Origin: Rhodohalobacter sulfatireducens
Lineage (GTDB): Bacteria > Bacteroidota > Rhodothermia > Balneolales > Balneolaceae
Direction of reading: 5' to 3'
Assembly (NCBI RefSeq): GCF_022012475.1
Contig: NZ_JAKLWS010000042.1
Span: 6,916-30,915 of the forward strand
Length of the DNA: 24,000 bases
Under the pieces are notes generated by a model. It searched no databases and was not told the origin of the DNA. It saw only the letters and a program-made list of their open reading frames with translations. The position numbers and the translations under genes were made by a program. Below are positions 17,264 to 24,000 of the stretch, in pieces (within the stretch, counting starts at the first letter, position 1; every line of letters begins with the position of its first letter).

Positions 17264-17293
17264 TTTGATATGTAAGAATTATGTTTATATTTG
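17264..17293 (+). promoter_or_regulatory. Putative Bacteroidota-type promoter (TTTG -33 / TAnnTTTG -7) for the HTH-dcm gene
   Basis: TTTG at 17264-17267 and TATATTTG at 17286-17293 are separated by 18 nt. The motif lies 29 nt upstream of the ATG at 17323. It is relevant only if the host uses the Bacteroidota sigma-A consensus. Confidence 0.35.
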
Positions 17294-17322
17294 GGACAAA
17301 ATGTCAAAAAAAGTCCCAGATC

Positions 17323-18606
17323 ATGGAAAAATTTAATACTCTCAGAGAAAAAGCAGGATTATCAATCGAAGAAGTTGCAGAGCTTACTAACTATAGTAAA
17401 AGACATGTATACAGATGGGAGAATGGAAAAATTAAACCCAAGAAGCCAATCCTAGATGAATTATCTCGAATAGCTGAGAATGGTATTTCTTTTAAAGCCA
17501 ATGGCAAAACAGAATTTACTTTCATTGATTTATTTGCAGGAATTGGAGGAATGAGGAAAGGTTTTGAAAGTGTTGGTGGAAAATGTGTGTTTACAAGTGA
17601 GTGGAATAAATATGCCCGGCAAACCTATGCTGCTAATTTTGAAATGGACCATGATATTGCAGGGGACATAACAAAAATATCAGAGAAAGATATACCTGAA
17701 CACGATGTTTTGCTTGCTGGATTTCCTTGTCAACCTTTCTCTATTGCAGGCGTTTCAAAGAAAAACTCCCTTGGAAATCCACATGGTTTTGAAGACAAGA
17801 CGCAAGGTACTTTATTTTTTGATATTGCAAGAATTCTCAAGCATCATAAACCGTCTGCCATTTTATTGGAGAATGTTAAAAATCTTGTAAGTCATGACAA
17901 GGGGAAAACTTTTCAGGTGATTAAAGACACACTTCAAGAACTGGATTATTTCTTTGATACCCGAATAATTGATGCAAAATCTTTTCTTCCACAACATAGA
18001 GAAAGAATTTTTATTGCTGGATTCAGAACTGATTTAGGATTTGATTTTTCAGAATTAGATATACCTGATGTGAATTCCGGTCCTAAACTTAAATCAATTT
18101 TACATCCCCAAGATGGAAGCGAAGAGGAAGAATTACCTTTTACAATTGGTGAAAAAGCCAAAGTTAATCCTAAATACACTTTAAGTGACAAACTCTGGAA
18201 TTACCTCCAAGATTATGCTGAAAAGCACAGAAAAAAGGGAAATGGTTTTGGTTTTGGATTGGTAGGTCCCGAAGATACTACCAGAACCTTGTCTGCTAGA
18301 TACTATAAAGACGGATCCGAAATTTTGCTTAAACAAGAAGGAAAAAACCCTCGAAGATTAACACCTCGTGAATGTTCTCGATTGATGGGATTTGATAGAA
18401 CCGGAGAAAATGGATTTGAAATACCTGTTTCAGATACCCAAGCTTATAAACAATTTGGTAATGCAGTGGCCGTACCTGTTGTGGAAGAGATTGCCAAATT
18501 TATAAAGCCTTTTATTCTGGAAGAGAAGAAACAGAAAGGGCAATTATTTATGTTTTCAGGAACCACTGATGATGGCAAGAATGAATATTTATCTAAAAGT
18601 GGTTAA
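17323..18606 (+). CDS. dcm: DNA (cytosine-5) methyltransferase, Dcm/M.EcoRII-like, with an N-terminal XRE-type HTH domain
   Basis: The HTH is 'LREKAGLSIEEVAELTNYSKRHVYRWENGK'. The m5C motifs are 'FIDLFAGIGGMRKGF' (I), 'LLAGFPCQPFS' (IV), 'LLENVKNL' (VI), 'RRLTPRECSRLMGF' and 'QFGNAVAVPV' (X). The track start at 17281 adds 14 unlikely residues, so I prefer the ATG at 17323 (MEKFNTL...). Confidence 0.9.
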   Translation: MEKFNTLREKAGLSIEEVAELTNYSKRHVYRWENGKIKPKKPILDELSRIAENGISFKANGKTEFTFIDLFAGIGGMRKGFESVGGKCVFTSEWNKYARQTYAANFEMDHDIAGDITKISEKDIPEHDVLLAGFPCQPFSIAGVSKKNSLGNPHGFEDKTQGTLFFDIARILKHHKPSAILLENVKNLVSHDKGKTFQVIKDTLQELDYFFDTRIIDAKSFLPQHRERIFIAGFRTDLGFDFSELDIPDVNSGPKLKSILHPQDGSEEEELPFTIGEKAKVNPKYTLSDKLWNYLQDYAEKHRKKGNGFGFGLVGPEDTTRTLSARYYKDGSEILLKQEGKNPRRLTPRECSRLMGFDRTGENGFEIPVSDTQAYKQFGNAVAVPVVEEIAKFIKPFILEEKKQKGQLFMFSGTTDDGKNEYLSKSG

Positions 18607-18691
18607 TGGAATTATTATTTAAATGATGACTTCTAAATACAATAATAAAGTAGTCTATGAAAAAGAAACTGCATAACAATGAGAAAATTCA

Positions 18692-19918
18692 ATGAAGCCT
18701 AAATTAATTAGTTGGATTGATGATGTTAAAACTCCGGGGTACATATGCTACATAAAGCGACTTTCAGGAAATGATACACTCGCAAATGGTTCTCATCAAG
18801 CAGGTCCATATGTACCTAAAAAAGTACTACTAGGCGTATTTCCATCTCTTAAAAATAAAAATGAGAAAAATCCAGATATATGGTTCGATTTATTCATTGA
18901 TTCCCATAATGACCAAAATGAAGTACGGGCAATTTGGTACAACAATAAATTTCATGGAGGGACAAGGAATGAAGCTCGTTTGACTAATTTCGGAGGTTCT
19001 AATTCTGCTTTACTTGATCCTGATAACACAGGAGCTCTTGTTGTTTTTGCCTTTTTATTGGACAATAAATGTCAAACTGAAGTTTGCAGAGTTTGGATTT
19101 GCAGTGATGAGTTAGAAGAGCGAATAGTTGAAGATTGGGTTGGACCAATTGATCCGGGGCAATGGCAAATATGGTATGATGAAGAATTTGATTGTGCAAA
19201 AACTCTGGTGACTGATTATGAGAAAGACCTTACAAAAAAATCTTGTTGGCTAGATAAGGATGAAATTCCAAAAGGATGGCTGGAAAATTATCCCAGTGGT
19301 TTGGAGATAATAAAAAAGACCGTTGAACTAAGGCCCAGTTACAAGCTACTTCCCGATGAAAGGATAATTAAAAGACGGGAATGTGAATTTGAAGTCTTTA
19401 AGAGCTTGGAAGAAGCTGTAGAATTTCCAAGAATAAAAAAAGGGTTTAAAAATATAGATGAATTTTTGTCAAGAGCACAGAGTATTCTTCAACGCAGAAA
19501 ATCACGTTCTGGATATTCACTGGAATTACATACAAAAGAAATCTTTTTGGAAGAAAATTTAAAAGAGAGTGTACATTTTTCACATCAACCAGAATCAGAA
19601 AAAGGGAAAAAGCCAGACTTTCTTTTTCCGTCTGAAGAAGCTTATAAAAATTCAGGTTTTCCGACTTCTAATCTTAAAATGCTTGCAGTAAAAACTACAT
19701 GTAAAGATAGATGGCGTCAGATTCTTAATGAGGCAGAAAGAATTGAAAAAAAGCATTTGTTAACTATCCAAGAAGGTGTTTCAGAGAACCAATTTAATGA
19801 AATGAAAAAATCTAGTGTTCAGTTAGTAGTACCTGAACCTCTCTTCAAAAAATATCCTGAAAAAATTAGACCACAGCTTCAAACACTTGAGAGTTTTATT
19901 AAAGAGGTTAAAACTTGA
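18692..19918 (+). CDS. EcoRII-family type IIE restriction endonuclease (expected CCWGG specificity)
   Basis: The 408-aa protein is collinear with R.EcoRII as I recall it. The N-terminal effector domain has 'YIKRLSGNDT..GSHQAG' and 'DPDNTGALVVFAF'. The catalytic domain has 'KKPDFLFPS' and 'LKMLAVKTTCKDRWRQILNEA', followed by 'LLTIQEGVS'. Confidence 0.9.
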   Translation: MKPKLISWIDDVKTPGYICYIKRLSGNDTLANGSHQAGPYVPKKVLLGVFPSLKNKNEKNPDIWFDLFIDSHNDQNEVRAIWYNNKFHGGTRNEARLTNFGGSNSALLDPDNTGALVVFAFLLDNKCQTEVCRVWICSDELEERIVEDWVGPIDPGQWQIWYDEEFDCAKTLVTDYEKDLTKKSCWLDKDEIPKGWLENYPSGLEIIKKTVELRPSYKLLPDERIIKRRECEFEVFKSLEEAVEFPRIKKGFKNIDEFLSRAQSILQRRKSRSGYSLELHTKEIFLEENLKESVHFSHQPESEKGKKPDFLFPSEEAYKNSGFPTSNLKMLAVKTTCKDRWRQILNEAERIEKKHLLTIQEGVSENQFNEMKKSSVQLVVPEPLFKKYPEKIRPQLQTLESFIKEVKT

Positions 19919-19921
19919 TTA

Positions 19922-20347
19922 TTATTTTAAATTATTTTGAAGGTTATTGGCTAATCCAGCTAATGTTTTGGTCTTTTTATCCGGTTTCATCTCACACTCC
20001 CAAACAACAATAACATTCCATCCCAAATCTTCCAATTCCTGAATATGCTTTTCATCACGTTCCTTATTTCCGTAAAGCTTCTCTTTCCACCATTCTGTTC
20101 GGGTTTGAGGAATTTTAAAATATTTGCAATCCTCATGCGCATGCCAAAAACACCCATGTACAAAAATGACTGTATTGTATTTAGGCATGACCAGATCCGG
20201 CTTTCCCGGTAAGTCTTTTCTGTGAAGACCGTATCGAAAGCCATTGGTGTGCAGAAATTTCCGGACAATCATTTCAGGCTTGGTATCCTTGCCTGAAATC
20301 TTGCTCATGTTATAACTGCGGGTTTCCGGCTCGTGTACGTCTGCCAT
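19922..20347 (-). CDS. vsr: Very-short-patch repair endonuclease
   Basis: 'MADVHEPETRSYNMSKI...', 'LPGKPDLVMPKYNTVIFVHGCFWHAHEDC', 'TRTEWWKEKLYGNKERD' and 'GWNVIVVWECE' closely follow E. coli Vsr. It converges on the EcoRII-like gene with a 3-nt gap. Confidence 0.9.
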   Translation of the reverse strand: MADVHEPETRSYNMSKISGKDTKPEMIVRKFLHTNGFRYGLHRKDLPGKPDLVMPKYNTVIFVHGCFWHAHEDCKYFKIPQTRTEWWKEKLYGNKERDEKHIQELEDLGWNVIVVWECEMKPDKKTKTLAGLANNLQNNLK

Positions 20348-20351
20348 CTCA

Positions 20352-20633
20352 TTAAGATTCTATGTTTTTCAATTCAATAAACTCACCTATAAAATTACCA
20401 ATCTCTTCGTATTCCTCATCAAACTTCAGAACGATTTGCCTCGTTACCAGATCCACCCATTCTTTAATTTCTGATCTGTTATCAAATTCCTTTAAAAAGA
20501 TTAGCATTGGGTTCTCAACAGTAAAATCATCATTAAAAAACAAACAAATATCTGTCTTAAAAGAATCTCTGTAGTTATCCTCCGCCTGATAAAGATAGGT
20601 TTTGAGTGTTCTTATCTTGTCTTTGTAATTCAT
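20352..20633 (-). CDS. Hypothetical small acidic protein, upstream of and apparently co-transcribed with vsr
   Basis: The track ORF (to 20681) starts at a TTG. I prefer the ATG at 20631-20633 (MNYKDKIRTLK..., 93 aa). Its stop is 4 nt before the vsr start. I recognise no family. Confidence 0.45.
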   Translation of the reverse strand: MNYKDKIRTLKTYLYQAEDNYRDSFKTDICLFFNDDFTVENPMLIFLKEFDNRSEIKEWVDLVTRQIVLKFDEEYEEIGNFIGEFIELKNIES

Positions 20634-20817
20634 GATAAAAAAGCCAGTTTCACAGTCCGTATGTCCTGAATATAGCAGCAAAAAATCAGAAACAAAGGCA
20701 CTTATCTCAATATCTCCTAGCTGAAGATATATCCGAACGCAGAGATGTTAAAGCGTAGATGATAGATTCATTTGACTGCATGCATTTAATATCGAATCGC
20801 GCCTGATGAATATCAAC

Positions 20818-20903
20818 CTCTGCGTTCCACTGCGATCCCAGCCTGTCCCGAACCGTCGGGGCGGTTTTAGAAACTTAACCGTCGAGTGCACAAAGCGGCA
20901 CTG
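20818..20903 (+). repeat. REP-like long-hairpin element, family B (right arm degenerate)
   Basis: The sequence is cctctgcgttccactgcgatcccagcctgtcccgaaccgtcggggcggttttagaaacttaaccgtc.... The left arm matches the copies at 22327, 22828, 23101 and (inverted) 2301. Confidence 0.7.
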
Positions 20904-20982
20904 TTAGTTCTGCAGAAATCTGCGAAACCCGACGAAATTTCAATTAAATTGCCGGAAACCAGGAATTCATCTATTTCATACA

Positions 20983-22194
20983 ATGAAAAAATTACATTTC
21001 CATTCCGTATTCACCGGGTTCGCAGGTTTGATCCTTGCAATGAGCGTATTCGCCTGCACGGCTACAGAATCAAACAACAGTGAAAAGTCCGAAGATGATG
21101 AATATACCGTAGCTGCATACATCTGGCCGTCCACCCACCACGATGCCCGTTTTGGCGACATGTTATGGCCTGAGGGTAACGGGGAGTGGGAGGTCATAAA
21201 AAAAGGAGATCCCCGGTTCGACGGCCATTACCAGCCTAAAGTTCCCTTATGGGGTTACGAACACGATGATGACCCGGAGGTGATGGAGAAGTGGATTGAG
21301 GCCGCCACAGACCACGGAGTGAATGTGTTTATTTTTGACTGGTACTGGTTTGATGAGGGGCCGTTCCTGGAAAGCTCCCTGAACAATGGATTCCTGAAAG
21401 CCGAAAACAGGAATAAAATGCAGTTTTACCTGATGTGGGCCAACCACGATGTACGCAGGAACTACTGGAACGTACACAAATTCAGGGATGACACATCTGT
21501 AATGTGGGAAGGCGCCGTGGACATGGAAAATTTCAAAATCATCGTGGAGAGAGTCATAAACAGGTACTTCAGTCAGCCCAACTACTACAAGATTGACGGC
21601 CGGCCGGTCTATTCAGTCTTTAGCATCTACAACTTGGTAGAAAGTTTTGGCAGCGTTGAGGAAACACGAGCTGCTCTTGACTATTTCAGAGAAGAAACTA
21701 TAAAAGCAGGCTTTCCCGGTTTGCATCTTCAGCTCATCGCCCTCGGTGATCCCGGCGGGGAGATTGTTCAGCAGATTGAGGCCCTGGGAGTGAATAGCAT
21801 CACCAAATACAACTGGGGCGGTCCGCATCCCGAGGATTACATTCAGTGGGGCACCGAATCGAAGGAGCGCAGAAAACAGTGGGATGAAGCGCTCTCCATC
21901 CCCTACTTCCCTAATGCCTCAATCGGTTGGGATGATACACCCCGCTTCCCTGAAAAAGGAAAGGAGGATGTGGTGCACTACAACAACTCGCCCGAAAGTT
22001 TTGCCGCTTTCCTGTACAAAGCCAAAGAGTATAGTGATGCACACCCGGAGCAGCCAAAGCTGATCACTGTTTTTTCCTGGAATGAATGGGTTGAAGGAGG
22101 TTACCTGCTGCCCGACATGAAATATGGATTCGGCTATCTGGAAGCTGTGAAACGGGTGTTCAAGGAGGATTACAATCCCTATTCTGAACAATGA
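20983..22194 (+). CDS. Glycoside hydrolase family 99-like / WbsX-like domain lipoprotein
   Basis: It has a lipobox (AMSVFAC/T). 'PRFDGHYQPKVPLWGYEHDDDPEVMEKWIEAATDHGVNVFIFDWYWF' fits the conserved N-terminal block of GH99-like (WbsX) proteins as I recall it. Confidence 0.6.
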   Translation: MKKLHFHSVFTGFAGLILAMSVFACTATESNNSEKSEDDEYTVAAYIWPSTHHDARFGDMLWPEGNGEWEVIKKGDPRFDGHYQPKVPLWGYEHDDDPEVMEKWIEAATDHGVNVFIFDWYWFDEGPFLESSLNNGFLKAENRNKMQFYLMWANHDVRRNYWNVHKFRDDTSVMWEGAVDMENFKIIVERVINRYFSQPNYYKIDGRPVYSVFSIYNLVESFGSVEETRAALDYFREETIKAGFPGLHLQLIALGDPGGEIVQQIEALGVNSITKYNWGGPHPEDYIQWGTESKERRKQWDEALSIPYFPNASIGWDDTPRFPEKGKEDVVHYNNSPESFAAFLYKAKEYSDAHPEQPKLITVFSWNEWVEGGYLLPDMKYGFGYLEAVKRVFKEDYNPYSEQ

Positions 22195-22326
22195 TTCGAC
22201 CGAAACCGATGGTCGTGATATTAAATCTGGATTGGCGACTACGGTGCACTGCATCGTATAAATTTGAACTCCTTTTTGTGGATCATATAACAGACACCAG
22301 GGCAGGAAAATAAAACCTCCGAGCTC

Positions 22327-22405
22327 CTCAGCGATCCCTGCCTGTCCCGAACCGTCGGGGCGATTTAAACTATAGAAACCGCGGAGGGCGCAGGGTGACG
22401 CTGAG
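22327..22405 (+). repeat. REP-like long-hairpin element, family B
   Basis: The sequence is ctcagcgatccctgcctgtcccgaaccgtcggggcg...aaccgcggagggcgcagggtgacgctgag. The outer arms ctcagcg/cgctgag and the inner arms ccctgc/gcaggg are complementary. Confidence 0.8.
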
Positions 22406-22482
22406 TGAGTCTCTAACCAATGATTATTGTAAGTATTTGGCTGTTTCTGGTTCATACAGTAAAGAACCCAAATGTATGAGCT

Positions 22483-22815
22483 ATGAATTCACCGAAAAAA
22501 CAAGCAAATGACGGTGCCCTCGATATTCTGCAACATCTTGATGGCGATCTTGAAAAGAAACGTCCGGTCACATTTTGGTTCTACTCCGATTTTGAATCGA
22601 ACCTGTACAAGACTGCCCATAGACTACAGGAAGATGGTTATGTGATTATACATTGTGATCAATCAGACATTTCGAACAATTGGCTGCTCATTGCTGAAAA
22701 AGAGATCTCTCCAAGCCCTGAAAATCTTGAAACTCTCTTTTATCATTTCGAAGATTTGGCTAAAGAAATGGGCGTATTTTTTGATGGATGGGAAACCAGA
22801 ATTGAAATGAGTTGA
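22483..22815 (+). CDS. RraB-like (regulator of RNase E activity B family) domain protein
   Basis: 110 aa. 'RPVTFWFYSDFESNLYKTAHRLQEDGYVI', 'WLLIAEKE' and the C-terminal 'LAKEMGVFFDGWETRI' fit the RraB-domain pattern. The assignment is from memory. Confidence 0.5.
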   Translation: MNSPKKQANDGALDILQHLDGDLEKKRPVTFWFYSDFESNLYKTAHRLQEDGYVIIHCDQSDISNNWLLIAEKEISPSPENLETLFYHFEDLAKEMGVFFDGWETRIEMS

Positions 22816-22827
22816 ACAAAAAATAAT

Positions 22828-22916
22828 CTCAGCGTTCCTCAGCGATCCCTGCCTGTCCCGAACCGTAGGGGCGGTTATAATTAAAGAAACCGCCGAGGAC
22901 GCAGGGTAACGCTGAG
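22828..22916 (+). repeat. REP-like long-hairpin element, family B (most complete copy)
   Basis: The sequence is ctcagcgttcctcagcgatccctgcctgtcccgaaccgtaggggcggttataattaaagaaaccgccgaggacgcagggtaacgctgag. Three nested complementary arm pairs are visible: ctcagcg/cgctgag, ccctgc/gcaggg and ggcggtt/aaccgcc. It starts 13 nt after the stop of the gene ending at 22815. Confidence 0.85.
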
Positions 22917-22992
22917 TAGGATTTGAGTGTATTCCACGTTCAAAACCTTAATAGGATGAGGCTTTCAATGCAGGTAAACCGTCACATCACCG

Positions 22993-23091
22993 CCTGATAC
23001 CATCGAAGCCGTTTTTTATCACTTTAAAGATCTGGCTCAACAGATAATGGTATTCTTTTAGGATTGGGAAACGAGAATCGAAATGGTGTGA
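22993..23091 (+). pseudogene. Decayed 3' fragment of an RraB-like paralog
   Basis: It reads PDTIEAVFYHFKDLAQQIMVFF*DWETRIEMV*, versus PENLETLFYHFEDLAKEMGVFFDGWETRIEMS* in the intact copy. It has an in-frame TAG, and no upstream homology is present. Confidence 0.7.
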
Positions 23092-23100
23092 GCTAATAAT

Positions 23101-23174
23101 CCCCGCGTTCCACTGCGATTCCCTGCCTGTCCCGAACCGTCGCGGCAGGCCGAGGGCGTGGAGTGACGCAGGGG
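23101..23174 (+). repeat. REP-like long-hairpin element, family B (loop-deleted copy)
   Basis: The sequence is ccccgcgttccactgcgattccctgcctgtcccgaaccgtcgcggcaggccgagggcgtggagtgacgcagggg. It lies between the RraB-like fragment and the 3' end of the toxin gene. Confidence 0.7.
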
Positions 23175-23190
23175 AAAATACCCACGGCTT

Positions 23191-23481
23191 CTACGTTCGG
23201 GATTTCCAGTACCCCGTGCTTCGCCTTAAGTCCATAACAGCAAATATGGTAATATGTTTTTTTGCTACTGAATAGATAATTCCAAATGGAAAGCGAGACA
23301 CTAAGAACCTTCTTTCATAGTTCGTGATTTTAGTTCCCGAAGAAGGTTGCTGTTCAATAACATCCAGAACTTTTTCAACTTCATTAATAAAATCATCCCC
23401 AAGACCAACAACTTGATCCTCGTAATATTCAGCTGCTTTAAAAAATTCTTTTCTGGATTCTGAATGAAATTTAATAGTCAC
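23191..23481 (-). CDS. Type II toxin, RelE/ParE family
   Basis: 96 aa. 'IKFHSESRKEFFKAAEYYE', 'FPFGIIYSVAKKHITIFAVMDLRRSTGYW' fits the ParE/RelE pattern. It starts 2 nt after the upstream antitoxin's stop. Confidence 0.75.
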   Translation of the reverse strand: MTIKFHSESRKEFFKAAEYYEDQVVGLGDDFINEVEKVLDVIEQQPSSGTKITNYERRFLVSRFPFGIIYSVAKKHITIFAVMDLRRSTGYWKSRT

Positions 23482-23483
23482 TA

Positions 23484-23711
23484 TTAAAGACGTTTTCTTG
23501 CTTCACTCAAAACATCCGAAGCAGAATGAAGAGAAGCCTCACCTGATTTAAGGGATTCTTTCCTTTTTTGGACTTCATCAATCCATGCCTGTTCAATTTC
23601 CGGATCAATTTTACCATGAATGCTTTGCAATAATTTATCAGCCAGACGTGCTTTCTCTTTTTTACTGAGATTCAGGGCTGAACTTTCAATCTCTTTTAAA
23701 TCGGTAATCAT
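23484..23711 (-). CDS. Type II antitoxin ('addiction module component', Unstab_antitox-like)
   Basis: 75 aa. 'LSKKEKARLADKLLQSI...DPEIEQAWIDEVQKRKESLKSGEA' is the typical pattern for this antitoxin family. It sits upstream of and is tightly coupled to the toxin gene. Confidence 0.7.
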   Translation of the reverse strand: MITDLKEIESSALNLSKKEKARLADKLLQSIHGKIDPEIEQAWIDEVQKRKESLKSGEASLHSASDVLSEARKRL

Positions 23712-23775
23712 ATGAAAAATGTTTGGTTTAACTGAATGTAATTATTAACGATGAAAACCGGAAGAAATTAGATAA

Positions 23776-24000
23776 TTGAAGTCGAACCTCTACAAGACAG
23801 CTGATAAACTACAGGAAGATGGGTATGAGATTGTACATTGTGATCAATCAGACATTTCGAATAATTGGCTGCTCATTGCTGATAAAGAGATCTCTCCAAG
23901 CCCTGAAAATCTTGAAACTCTTTTTTATCATTTCGAAGATTTGGCTAAACAAATGGGGGTATTTTTTGATGGATGGGAAACCAGAATTGAGATGAGTTGA
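23776..24000 (+). pseudogene. RraB-like paralog lacking the 5' ~36 codons (possibly truncated by the adjacent TA cassette)
   Basis: It is nearly identical at nucleotide level to 22594-22815 (by eye, only scattered substitutions). Homology starts abruptly at about 23779. The only available start is a TTG, and the conserved 'RPVTFWFYSDF' strand is missing. The stop TGA lies at 23998-24000. Confidence 0.5.

Noticed and set aside
8864-20681. Long N-terminal extensions given by the ORF track (9256 for sbtB, 11992 for the orphan gene, 17281 for dcm, 20681 for the small vsr-linked ORF)
   Set aside because: Three of the extensions start at TTG or add residues that do not align with the family N-terminus, and one overlaps the upstream gene. 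Internal ATGs (9193, 11800, 17323, 20633) give family-consistent N-termini. The longer forms cannot be excluded without experimental data.
11196-20730. The 9-mer tgaagatat at both island flanks (11196-11204 and 20722-20730) as att-like direct repeats
   Set aside because: It is too short to be significant in AT-rich DNA, and the left copy belongs to a dispersed repeat family. No integrase or tRNA is nearby to support site-specific integration.
21919-22455. 178-aa minus-strand ORF
   Set aside because: It runs antisense to the 3' end of the GH99-like gene and through the REP-like hairpin at 22327-22405. It has no motifs, so it is likely spurious.

Overview
The window looks like a bacterial chromosome, probably from the FCB group (Bacteroidota/Balneolota-like). 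That guess rests on lipoprotein-rich gene content, few Shine-Dalgarno sites and a TTTG/TAnnTTTG-type promoter, and I cannot verify it here. All family calls come from reading motifs in the translations; no database search was run.

Flanking, roughly 50% G+C 'core' DNA encodes:
- two SxxK serine hydrolases
- an outer-membrane beta-barrel
- a YehS/DUF1456 protein
- a DUF1080 lipoprotein
- an sbtA-sbtB (bicarbonate transporter / PII-like) pair
- a GH99-like/WbsX lipoprotein
- a tandem family of RraB-like genes interrupted by a ParE/RelE toxin-antitoxin pair

The centre (about 11.2-20.8 kb) is a visibly AT-rich island made almost entirely of DNA-restriction functions. One part is a classical HTH-Dcm / EcoRII-type endonuclease / Vsr cassette. 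Transcribed divergently from it is a tightly packed four-gene operon: SNF2 helicase, a stand-alone EcoRII-N (B3-like) DNA-binding domain protein, a MORC-type GHKL ATPase, and an HNH nuclease with an unassigned N-terminal domain. This operon has no methyltransferase of its own. I could not match it to any named, characterised defence system, so it is the best candidate for the undescribed system.

A second accessory region (6.07-8.2 kb) holds an IS200-like Y1/HUH (RAYT-like) transposase gene embedded in a 364-bp-period array of multi-hairpin repeats. Several other dispersed repeat families are also present: a long REP-like hairpin, an 85-bp intergenic repeat, and ATGCRAT/CTCTGATCT elements.
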